Below are positions 19,003-28,445 of a DNA stretch of 64,000 nucleotides, in pieces. The first letter of the stretch is position 1. Every line of letters starts with the position of its first letter. The position numbers were made by a program, and so were the translations under genes. Source of the stretch: a virus. Taxonomy: Duplodnaviria; Caudoviricetes. The stretch is taken from positions 1 through 64,000 of the IMG/VR virus record IMGVR_UViG_3300001869_000005; one strand, given 5' to 3'. A model generated the notes under the pieces. That model saw nothing but the letters and a program-made list of their open reading frames with translations. It did no database searches and had not been told where the DNA came from.

Positions 19003-19376
19003 GGGCCTGATTGGATTAGATCCTAAAGGATTTGGTATAAAAACATGCAAAGGACTCATTCCTTTAACAAAAGTGAGAAAACAATAAAAGGCAAATCTAA
19101 TATGATTTCCTTCGGTTTTGCAGCACCTCGTGTGTATGCAATGGCTTCTTGAGCTTAATCCCGACGAGTTGATAACTAACTTTGGAACAGAATAGTTATA
19201 GAATTCCTATGGTTCTTAGCCCTTAAAACTAAGTGGTGGAAAGATGGAGAATTCTTCATCCCCAGTTTAAGTAACTTTTTCAAAGACAACATAGAAAAGA
19301 ACTATTTAAAATCTAAGCATGTATAATTTTTATATTAAAACTATAGGAGACCGCGGTTCGAGCCCGCGCAGGTCCA
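19003..19376 (+). ncRNA. ssrA: tmRNA with predicted tag (A)GKSNMISFGFAAPRVYAMAS
   Basis: Acceptor GGGCCTG/CAGGTCC-A with G3.U70; T arm CGCGG-TTCGAGC-CCGCG; 3' GGAGAC; tag ORF 19090-19152. Confidence 0.9.
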
Positions 19377-19410
19377 CTTAATTACTTAATTATCAACAAC
19401 ATGATTATAT

Positions 19411-19680
19411 ATGAAAAAGAAAAAAGTAACAGCAAATGATTTATTAAATCTTTGGCTAACAAAATACCACAATACAACTATTGAAGAAGTAGTATTACTC
19501 CATCCAGAAGCATCTAAAACTCCTGATTGGTTTAAACTATATCCCTGTACTACAGCCCAATCAGATGAATGGGTAGCTGAATCCAAAACATTGCTTAAAA
19601 AAGATGGCTATTCTACATATGTAATCAACCATGATTGGCCTTGGATATTTTTAGATATAGCCCCATATATAAAGGATTAA
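19411..19680 (+). CDS. Hypothetical protein
   Basis: 89 aa ORF. Confidence 0.7.
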   Translation: MKKKKVTANDLLNLWLTKYHNTTIEEVVLLHPEASKTPDWFKLYPCTTAQSDEWVAESKTLLKKDGYSTYVINHDWPWIFLDIAPYIKD

Positions 19681-19820
19681 ACTATGTTTAAATTTAATTT
19701 TAATCATCAAAAACTAACGGGAGAATTTCATAAGCATTGTCGTACTAAATTAGGCTTTAAGAAGTTAGCCAATCGTAGAAGAAAAAATTTATTAATTAAA
19801 TTACAAAAACAAGAGGAATT

Positions 19821-20390
19821 ATGAAACTAGGAACTAAAAGCATCTTATTTGGGGTGCATCAATTTATTTTACACCCAATCTTTGTAGCAATTGCTTATAC
19901 ACGTTTATATGGATTTTCCTTTGATATAAGAATATGGGTTGCTTTTATAGTTCATGATTGGGGTTATTGGGGTAAATTTGATATGGATGGTGAAGAAGGT
20001 AAGATTCATCCTGAATTAGGGGCTATAATTATGCATAAATTGTTTGATTCTAAAACTCTAATATGTGATTTAGAAACTTATAGAGGTGGTATTTATTGTA
20101 CGTACTCTAAAAAATGGTCTGATTTTACATTGTATCATTCAAGATTCTATGCAACCAGAGATGAAATTAACCCATCTAAACTCTGTTATGCGGATAAGTT
20201 AGCATTTTGTATATGCCCTTGTTGGTTATTTATAATATTAACCAATCTTACAGGAGAAATCCATGAATATATGAATAAGTCACAAGATACTCCATCAGTA
20301 TTAGTTCATTCTATAAAGAATCAAAAGGCGTGGTATGACCAAATATACACCCACATTAAAAATTGGGTTGGTAGAAATTATAACAATTAA
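19821..20390 (+). CDS. HD-domain-like metal-dependent phosphohydrolase
   Basis: H..VHDWG..HPELGA..YHS..ADK pattern. Confidence 0.6.
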   Translation: MKLGTKSILFGVHQFILHPIFVAIAYTRLYGFSFDIRIWVAFIVHDWGYWGKFDMDGEEGKIHPELGAIIMHKLFDSKTLICDLETYRGGIYCTYSKKWSDFTLYHSRFYATRDEINPSKLCYADKLAFCICPCWLFIILTNLTGEIHEYMNKSQDTPSVLVHSIKNQKAWYDQIYTHIKNWVGRNYNN

Positions 20391-20982
20391 AAATATGTTT
20401 ACAAGAATAAAAAATTGGCTTAATTCCATTTTATCTTCTATAAGATACAAATATTCATTCCTAAAAGTATTGAATTCCCCATTTAGAGGATTAAAACTTA
20501 CTTGGTATTTTGGTAAGATAGTACATGGAACTCCTTATTTTTTACCAAGAAGAATAATTAAATCTAAAACTAAACCAGGATATAATGAATTTATTCCAAT
20601 TAAATACTTTGGATACCAATTTACATCACTTGGTTGGAAAACTAAATGGACTGCTACTGATTATAGATTTGAATGGAACCCTTGTATATCCATAGTTTTA
20701 TTTGGTAAACAATTGTTTATTGGTATTGTACCTAATATTAATGAAGAAAGTATGCCTGATTGTTATTGGGAAGCTTGGCTAATGTATGAACATGATACTG
20801 ATAAAACTAAATCAAAATTAGAAAGGCTTAAAGAGTTAATTAGTAAATACAGTTGTACTTGGACTCACTCTAAAGGAGATGAAAAAGTATCAGTAAACCA
20901 TTATAAATATATTCTAAAAGAGAAGTATTTAAAATTAGTTGATATTGAAGCAACTGTTGAAAAAGAAATAGAAGATATATAA
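20335..20982 (+). CDS. Hypothetical protein (start may be 20395)
   Basis: 215 aa; LGWKTKW..RFEWNP. Confidence 0.75.
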   Translation: MTKYTPTLKIGLVEIITIKNMFTRIKNWLNSILSSIRYKYSFLKVLNSPFRGLKLTWYFGKIVHGTPYFLPRRIIKSKTKPGYNEFIPIKYFGYQFTSLGWKTKWTATDYRFEWNPCISIVLFGKQLFIGIVPNINEESMPDCYWEAWLMYEHDTDKTKSKLERLKELISKYSCTWTHSKGDEKVSVNHYKYILKEKYLKLVDIEATVEKEIEDI

Positions 20983-20993
20983 TAAATTAAAGT

Positions 20994-21458
20994 ATGAAAA
21001 CAAAACCTTTTGACTTAAATGCCATTAAAAATGGTGCTAAATGGGGAATATTTGAATGTAATGTCTTTCAAACGCCTTGTTGTGCGGATGCGTGGAATCA
21101 TGTTGAATTATTATTTTCTGAAACCAAAATGGCTATAATATATTGTGGGTTAAATATAGTAAATGACGCAGGAATTTTTCACGGAAGTATCGCATCAGTA
21201 TATCAAATCCTTCTCATAGAAGAACCCAAACTAGCATCTGATTTATCAGATTTGAAAGTTGGTGATAAAGTATATGATTTGGTTTATGGTCGAGGTAAAA
21301 TTGATCATCTATCAACATTAATAAATGTTAAATTTGATTATACAGGAGCAATAATCCAATATAATTTTAATGGAATACAATATTGTTCTTACCAGAATTA
21401 TAGATGTAATCAATCTCTTTTTCTCACTGAAATCAAATTTGAAATTCCTGAAGTATGA
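20994..21458 (+). CDS. Hypothetical protein
   Basis: 154 aa; C-terminal KVGDKVYDLVYGRG module. Confidence 0.7.
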   Translation: MKTKPFDLNAIKNGAKWGIFECNVFQTPCCADAWNHVELLFSETKMAIIYCGLNIVNDAGIFHGSIASVYQILLIEEPKLASDLSDLKVGDKVYDLVYGRGKIDHLSTLINVKFDYTGAIIQYNFNGIQYCSYQNYRCNQSLFLTEIKFEIPEV

Positions 21459-21469
21459 GTTATTAATGA

Positions 21470-21875
21470 TTATTCTGCACCAATAGGCAGCTTTTAGGAA
21501 TACTGTCGGTCACAGTCTTAGCATCTAAGTATTTATACTGAAATCACAAGACCTCATTCCGCACTATTATAAAAGTAGACTGGGAAAACGTTTGGGAATG
21601 AATAATTTATTAAAGGGCTAGAAATTGATCCCTAACAAAAGATGATTCCTTTAAGCAATTAAAGGTTAGTACAGGTAAAGATAAACATGGTTATTAGATG
21701 GGTCATTACGACATAAATCTCTAACCGACGGCGTAATAATACGGTAGGTACTAAACTGAAAGGTAATCGGTATTGTCACCCTTGAGTAAGGTGATCAGGA
21801 AAGATGTGAAAATTCTGCACATACAATACTAATAGTACTCAGCTTTGACCTTAGCTCTTATAACAGCGGTTATAA
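21470..21875 (+). ncRNA. Candidate cluster of structured ncRNA domains
   Basis: 420-nt gap; stems TAGTAC/GTACTA, GTATTGT/ACAATAC, CACC/GGTG; possible TGAGTA/TACTCA pseudoknot. Confidence 0.45.
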
Positions 21876-21878
21876 GGT

Positions 21879-22250
21879 ATGAAGGTGCTAAATATGATGA
21901 ACAATGCAGAAATCCTACTGACTGTGCATACAGAGGCTAGGTTGTCTCAAATGAGACAAGAAGTAACAATTGATGTTACAGAAGAAAGAGAAGTAAATGG
22001 CAAAACACTTACAAAGAGGTATCAAAAACCCCATCTTGTAAGACTTCCTGGTGTTGCTTCCAGAAAAACTACAATCTCTGAAGAAACTGTAGATTTTCTA
22101 AGTTCCCCTCATTCACAAATACCAGAATGGTATCGTGCAAAGTGGAATGGCAACAAATCGTGGGATGTGTTAACTAAGGATGAAAAATTACAACAACATT
22201 TTGCAAGGATGGCCTATCCGCACTCCTTTTCGTATGTTTATGTAAGTTAA
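21879..22250 (+). CDS. Hypothetical protein
   Basis: 123 aa ORF followed by a hairpin at about 22269-22302. Confidence 0.7.
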   Translation: MKVLNMMNNAEILLTVHTEARLSQMRQEVTIDVTEEREVNGKTLTKRYQKPHLVRLPGVASRKTTISEETVDFLSSPHSQIPEWYRAKWNGNKSWDVLTKDEKLQQHFARMAYPHSFSYVYVS

Positions 22251-22327
22251 ATCCTTTAACAGATTCTAAAATTCTACTGTGTTGCGAAACAAAGTAGAAT
22301 TTGCTTTTAAATTTAATTAATTAATAT

Positions 22328-22690
22328 ATGAATACAAGTGTAATTAAAATTGATTCAGAATATATTGAATTTGATAACGGCATCAAATTATTTTCTGAAC
22401 ATGAACAAGATTGTTGCGAGTCCCATTATTTATCCTTTGCAGATTTAACCCTAGAAGATTTTAAAGGAATGGAATTTAATTTAGACAAAGATGATTTCTT
22501 TGAACGAATTGAAGGATATGGGATTGCTCTCAAGCCATTGAATAATTTTCCTGTAAGAATTCCTGGATATGCATCAAACAATGGATACTATTCATCACAA
22601 CTTGAGTTGTGTCTACAAGATGGAAAAGGGTTTGAAAAAACATTTGATATTACTAAATGTCAAAACTGGGACGAAGATGAAGAAGATTAA
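22328..22690 (+). CDS. Hypothetical protein
   Basis: HEQDCCE..SNNGYYS motif. Confidence 0.75.
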   Translation: MNTSVIKIDSEYIEFDNGIKLFSEHEQDCCESHYLSFADLTLEDFKGMEFNLDKDDFFERIEGYGIALKPLNNFPVRIPGYASNNGYYSSQLELCLQDGKGFEKTFDITKCQNWDEDEED

Positions 22691-22913
22691 ACTCATAGGC
22701 TATTCACCGAATGCAAATACTAGTACAGTATAGAGAAACTAATTACTTAGAAGTACTAGATTCCGCCAAGGGAAGTTATTTATAATAGGTTTATGTGCTT
22801 GGAAACGCATGAATAGCCATAACATAGAAACTACTAGTACTATTAATCAATTTGATTAGTGGTATTAGTAGTTTATTTATATAGATTAAATGAAATTATT
22901 AATATAAACCTAT

Positions 22914-23339
22914 ATGTATAGAAAAGAAAGTAAATATTTTGAAACAGAATATGGAATTGATGGTGCAACAAGAATTCATATTTTTGAGAAATACATAACT
23001 AGACCTACATGGTTTAGATTAACCATTTATGGTAGTCCTACAGCAAATTGTCAGGTATGCTCATTAGCTTATATTAGTGATGCCATAACATTTATTAAAC
23101 CCGCAAAATTAGCGCCAATTATAAAACAACTTGTACGGTACTATCAAGAAAACTGTAACAAACGAATTATACTAATGGATGTTAACCAAGAATTAACTGA
23201 GTCCATAATCTCTACATTTGCTCCGTTTACCGAAAGAATAGTGCTTCAATCTAAATATGACAGTACTAATAAAAGTAAAATGGAAATCCTCATGATAGCT
23301 CTTACCCCTAGGCACTTATTAAACATCCGCAAATATTAA
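22914..23339 (+). CDS. Hypothetical protein, paralog of 25932-26312
   Basis: Shared P..NCQV, MD, PF and STN.S.M motifs. Confidence 0.7.
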   Translation: MYRKESKYFETEYGIDGATRIHIFEKYITRPTWFRLTIYGSPTANCQVCSLAYISDAITFIKPAKLAPIIKQLVRYYQENCNKRIILMDVNQELTESIISTFAPFTERIVLQSKYDSTNKSKMEILMIALTPRHLLNIRKY

Positions 23340-23340
23340 G

Positions 23341-23841
23341 ATGGCTAAAAGATACATCATTTCTGATCCTCATTTTGGTCACTTTAATATCATTGCATTT
23401 GCTAATAGACCCTTCACAACTGTTGAAGAAATGGATGAAGGTATTATTGAACGATGGAATTCTGTAGTCAATTCAGAAGACCGTGTATTTGTAGCTGGTG
23501 ATATTGCAATGTCTAGAAAGTACGTTGAAAAGATTCAATACTGCAATGGCCACAAAATACTTCTTCCAGGCAATCATGATATATATCCAGCTAAAGACTA
23601 TCTCAAGTACTTTGAAGACATTCGTGCTTATATGGTTGAAGATAATATCTTAATCTCTCATATGCCCCTTTTATTAGGTAATCGCATTGGTAGATTTATT
23701 GGTAACATTCATGGGCATACTCACAATATAGATCTTGAAGATTCAAGATATCTCAATATCAGTTGGGAAAAACTAAATGGCTATCCTATTCTATTAGAAG
23801 ATGCTAAGGATATGTTAATATCACAAATATTAAATGGTTAA
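23341..23841 (+). CDS. Calcineurin-like metallophosphoesterase
   Basis: SDPHFGH, GD, GNHD, HGHTH. Confidence 0.9.
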   Translation: MAKRYIISDPHFGHFNIIAFANRPFTTVEEMDEGIIERWNSVVNSEDRVFVAGDIAMSRKYVEKIQYCNGHKILLPGNHDIYPAKDYLKYFEDIRAYMVEDNILISHMPLLLGNRIGRFIGNIHGHTHNIDLEDSRYLNISWEKLNGYPILLEDAKDMLISQILNG

Positions 23842-23843
23842 TT

Positions 23844-24524
23844 ATGCAAACTTATACAAAGATTAATACTTTATACAAAAGAGATCCAGAAACTAAAAAT
23901 ATCATTTTGGGAGATTATTCTCTCCCTGAATTTTATTATTTAAAGGATCTGATTTGGGAATGCACTGAAAAAATTGATGGTACAAATATTAAAATCGGTT
24001 TTGATGGAAATAATATAACATTTGAGGGCAAAACTGAAAATGCAAATATACCAAAACACTTATTAGCCAAATTAGAATCTTTATTTACTGTTGAAGCATT
24101 AAAAGAAGTGTTTCCTGATAAATTTGATGAACTTGGAAATATTATTCCCACAAATGTTATCCTTTATGGTGAGGGATATGGTAAAAAGATTCAAAGTGGT
24201 GGAAATTATATCAAAGATGATGTAAATTTCATATTATTTGATGTTAAAATCGGTAATTGGTGGTTACAATACAATGATTGTAAAACAATTGCAGAACAAT
24301 TAAGAATTGATGTTGTTCCGCTAATAGGCCATGTAACCTTACAACAAGCTGAAGACTATGTTATAAAAGGATTTAAATCTACAATTGCTGAAAACAAAGA
24401 GTACCAAGCTGAGGGTTTAGTTTGTAAACCTTTATATGGGTTATTAAACAGAGGTGGGGGTAGAATAATTGTAAAAATTAAAACAGTTGATTATCGAAAA
24501 CTAAAAGCAAATGGATTATCCTGA
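23844..24524 (+). CDS. RNA ligase, Rnl2-like
   Basis: EKIDGTN, LYGEGYG, FILFD, EGLVCKP, VKIK. Confidence 0.85.
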   Translation: MQTYTKINTLYKRDPETKNIILGDYSLPEFYYLKDLIWECTEKIDGTNIKIGFDGNNITFEGKTENANIPKHLLAKLESLFTVEALKEVFPDKFDELGNIIPTNVILYGEGYGKKIQSGGNYIKDDVNFILFDVKIGNWWLQYNDCKTIAEQLRIDVVPLIGHVTLQQAEDYVIKGFKSTIAENKEYQAEGLVCKPLYGLLNRGGGRIIVKIKTVDYRKLKANGLS

Positions 24525-24810
24525 AATAGATAAGTTTGACGAAAAAACTATTCGTAGAATACATTTACCAATTCCCATTCCTAATGAATTATATAAAGAA
24601 CTATATTCTAAAGGAATATTAAAGAAAGAACAACTTGAAGTTGGGAAGACTTATTTAGGTAAATGCAGAAATGCTGATAAAGCCCTATGGACTGGAACTG
24701 TATTTATATATAAACGACTTAAATTTGGTTTTACATTCGATGAAGAAATCAATCATTTACAAGATGATGAAGATGGGTCAGATTTATTTATACCTTTAAA
24801 AGAAATATAA
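24511..24810 (+). CDS. Hypothetical protein
   Basis: 99 aa, overlaps the ligase stop. Confidence 0.7.
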   Translation: MDYPEIDKFDEKTIRRIHLPIPIPNELYKELYSKGILKKEQLEVGKTYLGKCRNADKALWTGTVFIYKRLKFGFTFDEEINHLQDDEDGSDLFIPLKEI

Positions 24811-24832
24811 ACACTTAAAATTTAGATTAATT

Positions 24833-25216
24833 ATGACAGTAAAAACCGCTCAAGAACTATTACCTCTTTTAAATGCATTTATAGAGGGTAAAACAATTCA
24901 ATATAGCATTTCGGTGTCACCATCGGATTGGAAAGACACTAAAGACCCTCAATTTGGAACTGGCCTAAAATACCGAATCAAACCAGAACCCAAAACAGCA
25001 TCTCTTACAATTGAAGATTTGTATGAACATTTCAGAAAGGGGACTATTTTTACAAAGGTTAATTCTAAAAAACACTTTTTAAGAATTTCATCACTTAGTA
25101 TCCAAGATAAAGCAATTATTACACCTTTATCTTTTTCATCAATTGACGTTTCTGAATTTTTAAAGGCTTTTTTATTTGAAGACGGTTCACCACTTACTAA
25201 AATAATTGAAGAGTAA
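24833..25216 (+). CDS. Hypothetical phage protein
   Basis: AFIEGKTIQ..YRIKPEP. Confidence 0.75.
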   Translation: MTVKTAQELLPLLNAFIEGKTIQYSISVSPSDWKDTKDPQFGTGLKYRIKPEPKTASLTIEDLYEHFRKGTIFTKVNSKKHFLRISSLSIQDKAIITPLSFSSIDVSEFLKAFLFEDGSPLTKIIEE

Positions 25217-25280
25217 TATGAAAATTCAAATCCCAACTCATTTCAGATTTAAATAAATAAACAATTTAGACTAATTTATT

Positions 25281-25730
25281 ATGGTAACATTTAATGACTT
25301 TATCTTATTTTATATAGTATTTACTATAGTATTGCTTCTTATTCCTGCTATTCCGTATATTTGGATATATACATACAAAAGAAATAACAAGAAATTAGCA
25401 GTTAAATATGCTGAACTTGTGTATAAAAAATACAACAACAGTAGATCAAAAATTGCTCAAGAATTAAAAGTATATTTATGGGATGTTATTCGTATAAATT
25501 ATCCTAATGTTTCTATAAATAAAGTTGATAGCATTAGGGAAAGAGTCTTTAAACAATGGTATAAATCCCTTATAGACTCAGAAATTGAATTGGCTCGTTA
25601 TAATCCCAGATTTAGAAATACAATAAATTTGAAGGATTTAAAATGTGGTAAATATCCTTGGTTTTTAGCAAAGGATAAACTTTGTAGAATGGCTTTTTTA
25701 AGAAAAGTCATATTGGATAATAAATTTTAA
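25281..25730 (+). CDS. Hypothetical membrane-anchored protein
   Basis: N-terminal TM helix. Confidence 0.7.
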   Translation: MVTFNDFILFYIVFTIVLLLIPAIPYIWIYTYKRNNKKLAVKYAELVYKKYNNSRSKIAQELKVYLWDVIRINYPNVSINKVDSIRERVFKQWYKSLIDSEIELARYNPRFRNTINLKDLKCGKYPWFLAKDKLCRMAFLRKVILDNKF

Positions 25731-25931
25731 AAATTTAAGAATATGTTCATAGATATGTTAAATAATTGGACTGAAAAAAAGATAAATTGCAGCAAAGAAA
25801 ACTATTCTTCAACTGAATCAAACAATTCTTTTACTCAAATAGAAGATGTGAATAACTCAGAAGATGTAGAAGAAACACCACTAACAGTAGGGTATCCAGT
25901 ATAACAATGAAAACAAATATAATTTAAAACA

Positions 25932-26312
25932 ATGGATGATATGACATTAGAAATAACTACCACTGTAGATCAAGCCCACATTATAAAATATAAAGAAATT
26001 GGATATAATTGGGGTACTGTTTGTGCTCCTTTTAATAACTGTCAAGTATTTACAATTGGTTGGGCTGCTGCAGTTTTTCACAAAAGGTACAATGATCAGC
26101 ATATAAAAATGTTTCTTTCTGAGGCAATTAAACTTGTTAATATGCGCTCACTTTGTGTTATGGATATACACGATTCAAAGGTGCAAGATGTTATCACAGC
26201 TCTTTCTCCATTTATTAAGGAAGTTCGTTCTAAGATGCCCTATAAAAGCACAAATAATAGTAACATGTGTATTATATTAGTTGAATTTGATTTAACTAAA
26301 ATCTGTAAATGA
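25932..26312 (+). CDS. Hypothetical protein, paralog of 22914-23339
   Basis: PFNNCQV..YKSTNNSNM. Confidence 0.7.
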   Translation: MDDMTLEITTTVDQAHIIKYKEIGYNWGTVCAPFNNCQVFTIGWAAAVFHKRYNDQHIKMFLSEAIKLVNMRSLCVMDIHDSKVQDVITALSPFIKEVRSKMPYKSTNNSNMCIILVEFDLTKICK

Positions 26313-26728
26313 TGAATAAAATGTTGATAGGATTAAGTGATATTAAAACAATATCTATTTCAAAATGGTTAAACGCTAGTCCTATTGGTACAGATATAGA
26401 CTTAATAATACTTCATTCTTATGAAGAATTTAAAAATCATGTTACAATAAACGGATTGCCAAACGGAATAGTTTTTAGTTATGACTATGGCCCTACTAGA
26501 GATGATATAGAAGCTGTAAAATTTCTTACAAGATATTGTATGAATTATATCCTTCCATTACCTCCAATTTCTCAAACTAGTACAGACACTGTAAGAAGAG
26601 GTATAATTGATAATGTTCTGAATAAATATAATGAATTTTACAAATCTTTAAATATTGTGTCGGTTATAAAAGAAGAACAAATAGTCGATCCTTTTGGAGA
26701 CGGCACTGATTTAGGATTACCATTTTAA
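26309..26728 (+). CDS. Degenerate cyclic-phosphate-processing receiver-like protein
   Basis: SYEEF..GLP..VFSYDYG..AVKFL..YC..LP spacing, with acidic and His sites replaced. Confidence 0.5.
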   Translation: MMNKMLIGLSDIKTISISKWLNASPIGTDIDLIILHSYEEFKNHVTINGLPNGIVFSYDYGPTRDDIEAVKFLTRYCMNYILPLPPISQTSTDTVRRGIIDNVLNKYNEFYKSLNIVSVIKEEQIVDPFGDGTDLGLPF

Positions 26729-26750
26729 TTAATTTTTTAATACAATAGAT

Positions 26751-27116
26751 ATGAATAATAATTTTAACAACTTTCCGTATATATATCACACCAAAGGTTC
26801 TGCAAGTAATAGAGTACCCAGAGTTACTATTGTTGGAGTTGTAGGTGATAAAACTCTTGATATTGCTGCCTCAAGGTGTAGCAAAAATGATCAATTCTGT
26901 AAAAAACAAGGCCGGGATATAGCTATAAATCGTCTTAAAGAAGGACAATTTATTGCGCAAATTCCTATTGAAGAAGTTGGCACAAATCTTACACTACATA
27001 ATTTTGTAGATTGTGCTAAACTTGCTGCAGATACAGTTTTAAAATCTGGAGTGCATCAAAAACTTGCAATTGTGTTGGTTCCCCAGCCTATGAAAGCAGT
27101 GTGTGAAATATTGTAA
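26751..27116 (+). CDS. Hypothetical phage protein
   Basis: RCSKNDQFCKKQGRDIA motif. Confidence 0.75.
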   Translation: MNNNFNNFPYIYHTKGSASNRVPRVTIVGVVGDKTLDIAASRCSKNDQFCKKQGRDIAINRLKEGQFIAQIPIEEVGTNLTLHNFVDCAKLAADTVLKSGVHQKLAIVLVPQPMKAVCEIL

Positions 27117-27129
27117 TTAAAACCCTATT

Positions 27130-27663
27130 ATGTTCAACATAAAAGAAATAAATTTAAAAGAGTATAAATACCCCGGTTTTGAGCCAGGGGATATACTACA
27201 AGATAATATTACTGGAACCCAATGCAACTGTTTAGATATAAAAAGTGCAGAAGCTTTGGGTTTAAGTAATGAAGAAATTCCAAAAGAATACATATTTATT
27301 CTAGTAGATAGAATAAATAAAGACTATGATATCAAATCAAATAGTTGGACTAATCCAGAGTTATATACTTGTGTATCAAAAAGAAATTCTCCAAAAAGAC
27401 CTAGAGCTTATAGCCCAAATGATTTCATGCCAGATTTAGATCCAGCGGGTCCGATACTTAGAAATGTAAATCAACGAATAGCCCAGAATCTAATTGATTT
27501 AGAAGAACTTAATAGACGAGAAAGAGGTTTGCGTGATATAGACGCTGAACGACTTGTTCAACAAGCTGCGGGTATAAGAGTTGAAAATAATGCAGGAATA
27601 GGTTTCGATATACACGGAGAAATGGATTTACCAAATTGGTTTAATGCCGAGGATAACCTATAA
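27130..27663 (+). CDS. Hypothetical protein
   Basis: 177 aa ORF. Confidence 0.7.
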   Translation: MFNIKEINLKEYKYPGFEPGDILQDNITGTQCNCLDIKSAEALGLSNEEIPKEYIFILVDRINKDYDIKSNSWTNPELYTCVSKRNSPKRPRAYSPNDFMPDLDPAGPILRNVNQRIAQNLIDLEELNRRERGLRDIDAERLVQQAAGIRVENNAGIGFDIHGEMDLPNWFNAEDNL

Positions 27664-27668
27664 ATCCA

Positions 27669-27872
27669 ATGAGCATCAAAAGAAAACATTTAGGTATAAC
27701 TTACAAATTAGTAAGTAGTACAGAACCTCGATTAGCTAAAGTGTTATTAGCAATTAGACACGTTGATAACAACTTACCCAAAAAGCCAAGGATTCAAAAA
27801 GAATTATCTCAATTAGAGATATTTGAATCTAATCTACAAAAACAAATTAGAGACTATAAATTAAATAAATAG
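27669..27872 (+). CDS. Small basic protein ending in TAG, in frame with the next gene
   Basis: TAG 27870-27872, then ATT AAA ATG(27879). Confidence 0.65.
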   Translation: MSIKRKHLGITYKLVSSTEPRLAKVLLAIRHVDNNLPKKPRIQKELSQLEIFESNLQKQIRDYKLNK

Positions 27873-27878
27873 ATTAAA

Positions 27879-28376
27879 ATGGGTAGAATAACAGAAACAA
27901 AAGAATTGACAATTACTCCTCCAGAAGGATATGTAATTGATGAAAGTAAATCTACATTTACTAATATTGTATTTAAAAAGATTCCTAAAGAAGATAAACT
28001 TCCTACTAAATGGGAAGATTTAAAATATATTCATGGATATTATGTTGACTCGTCTGGAGACGTTAAAAAGGTTGAAAATGAACAGTTAATACCCTGTAAA
28101 AATTCTGCAACAGTATTTACAACTAGGGAACAAGCCCAAGCATCTATCGCACTAGCACAATTATCTCAGCTTAAAAAGGCTTATAATGGTGATTGGGAAC
28201 CTGATTGGAATACCTCAGAATATAAATATGCCATAGCTTTTAAAGGAAATGATATCCAAGGATTTACAGCCGCGCGTTTTTCAATATTTTTAGCATTTAA
28301 AACTGCAGAATTAAGAGATAAATTCTTAAAGAATTTTAAAGACTTGATTGAACAGGCTAAACCTTTGTTGGGATGA
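27879..28376 (+). CDS. Hypothetical Bacteroidota-phage protein
   Basis: YNGDWEPDW..LAFKTAELRDKFL..F.DLI. Confidence 0.8.
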   Translation: MGRITETKELTITPPEGYVIDESKSTFTNIVFKKIPKEDKLPTKWEDLKYIHGYYVDSSGDVKKVENEQLIPCKNSATVFTTREQAQASIALAQLSQLKKAYNGDWEPDWNTSEYKYAIAFKGNDIQGFTAARFSIFLAFKTAELRDKFLKNFKDLIEQAKPLLG

Positions 28377-28445
28377 AATTAAAGAGAGTCTTATTAAATA
28401 AAAACATGTTTATGTAAGACTCTCTTATTACTTTAATAATAATTA

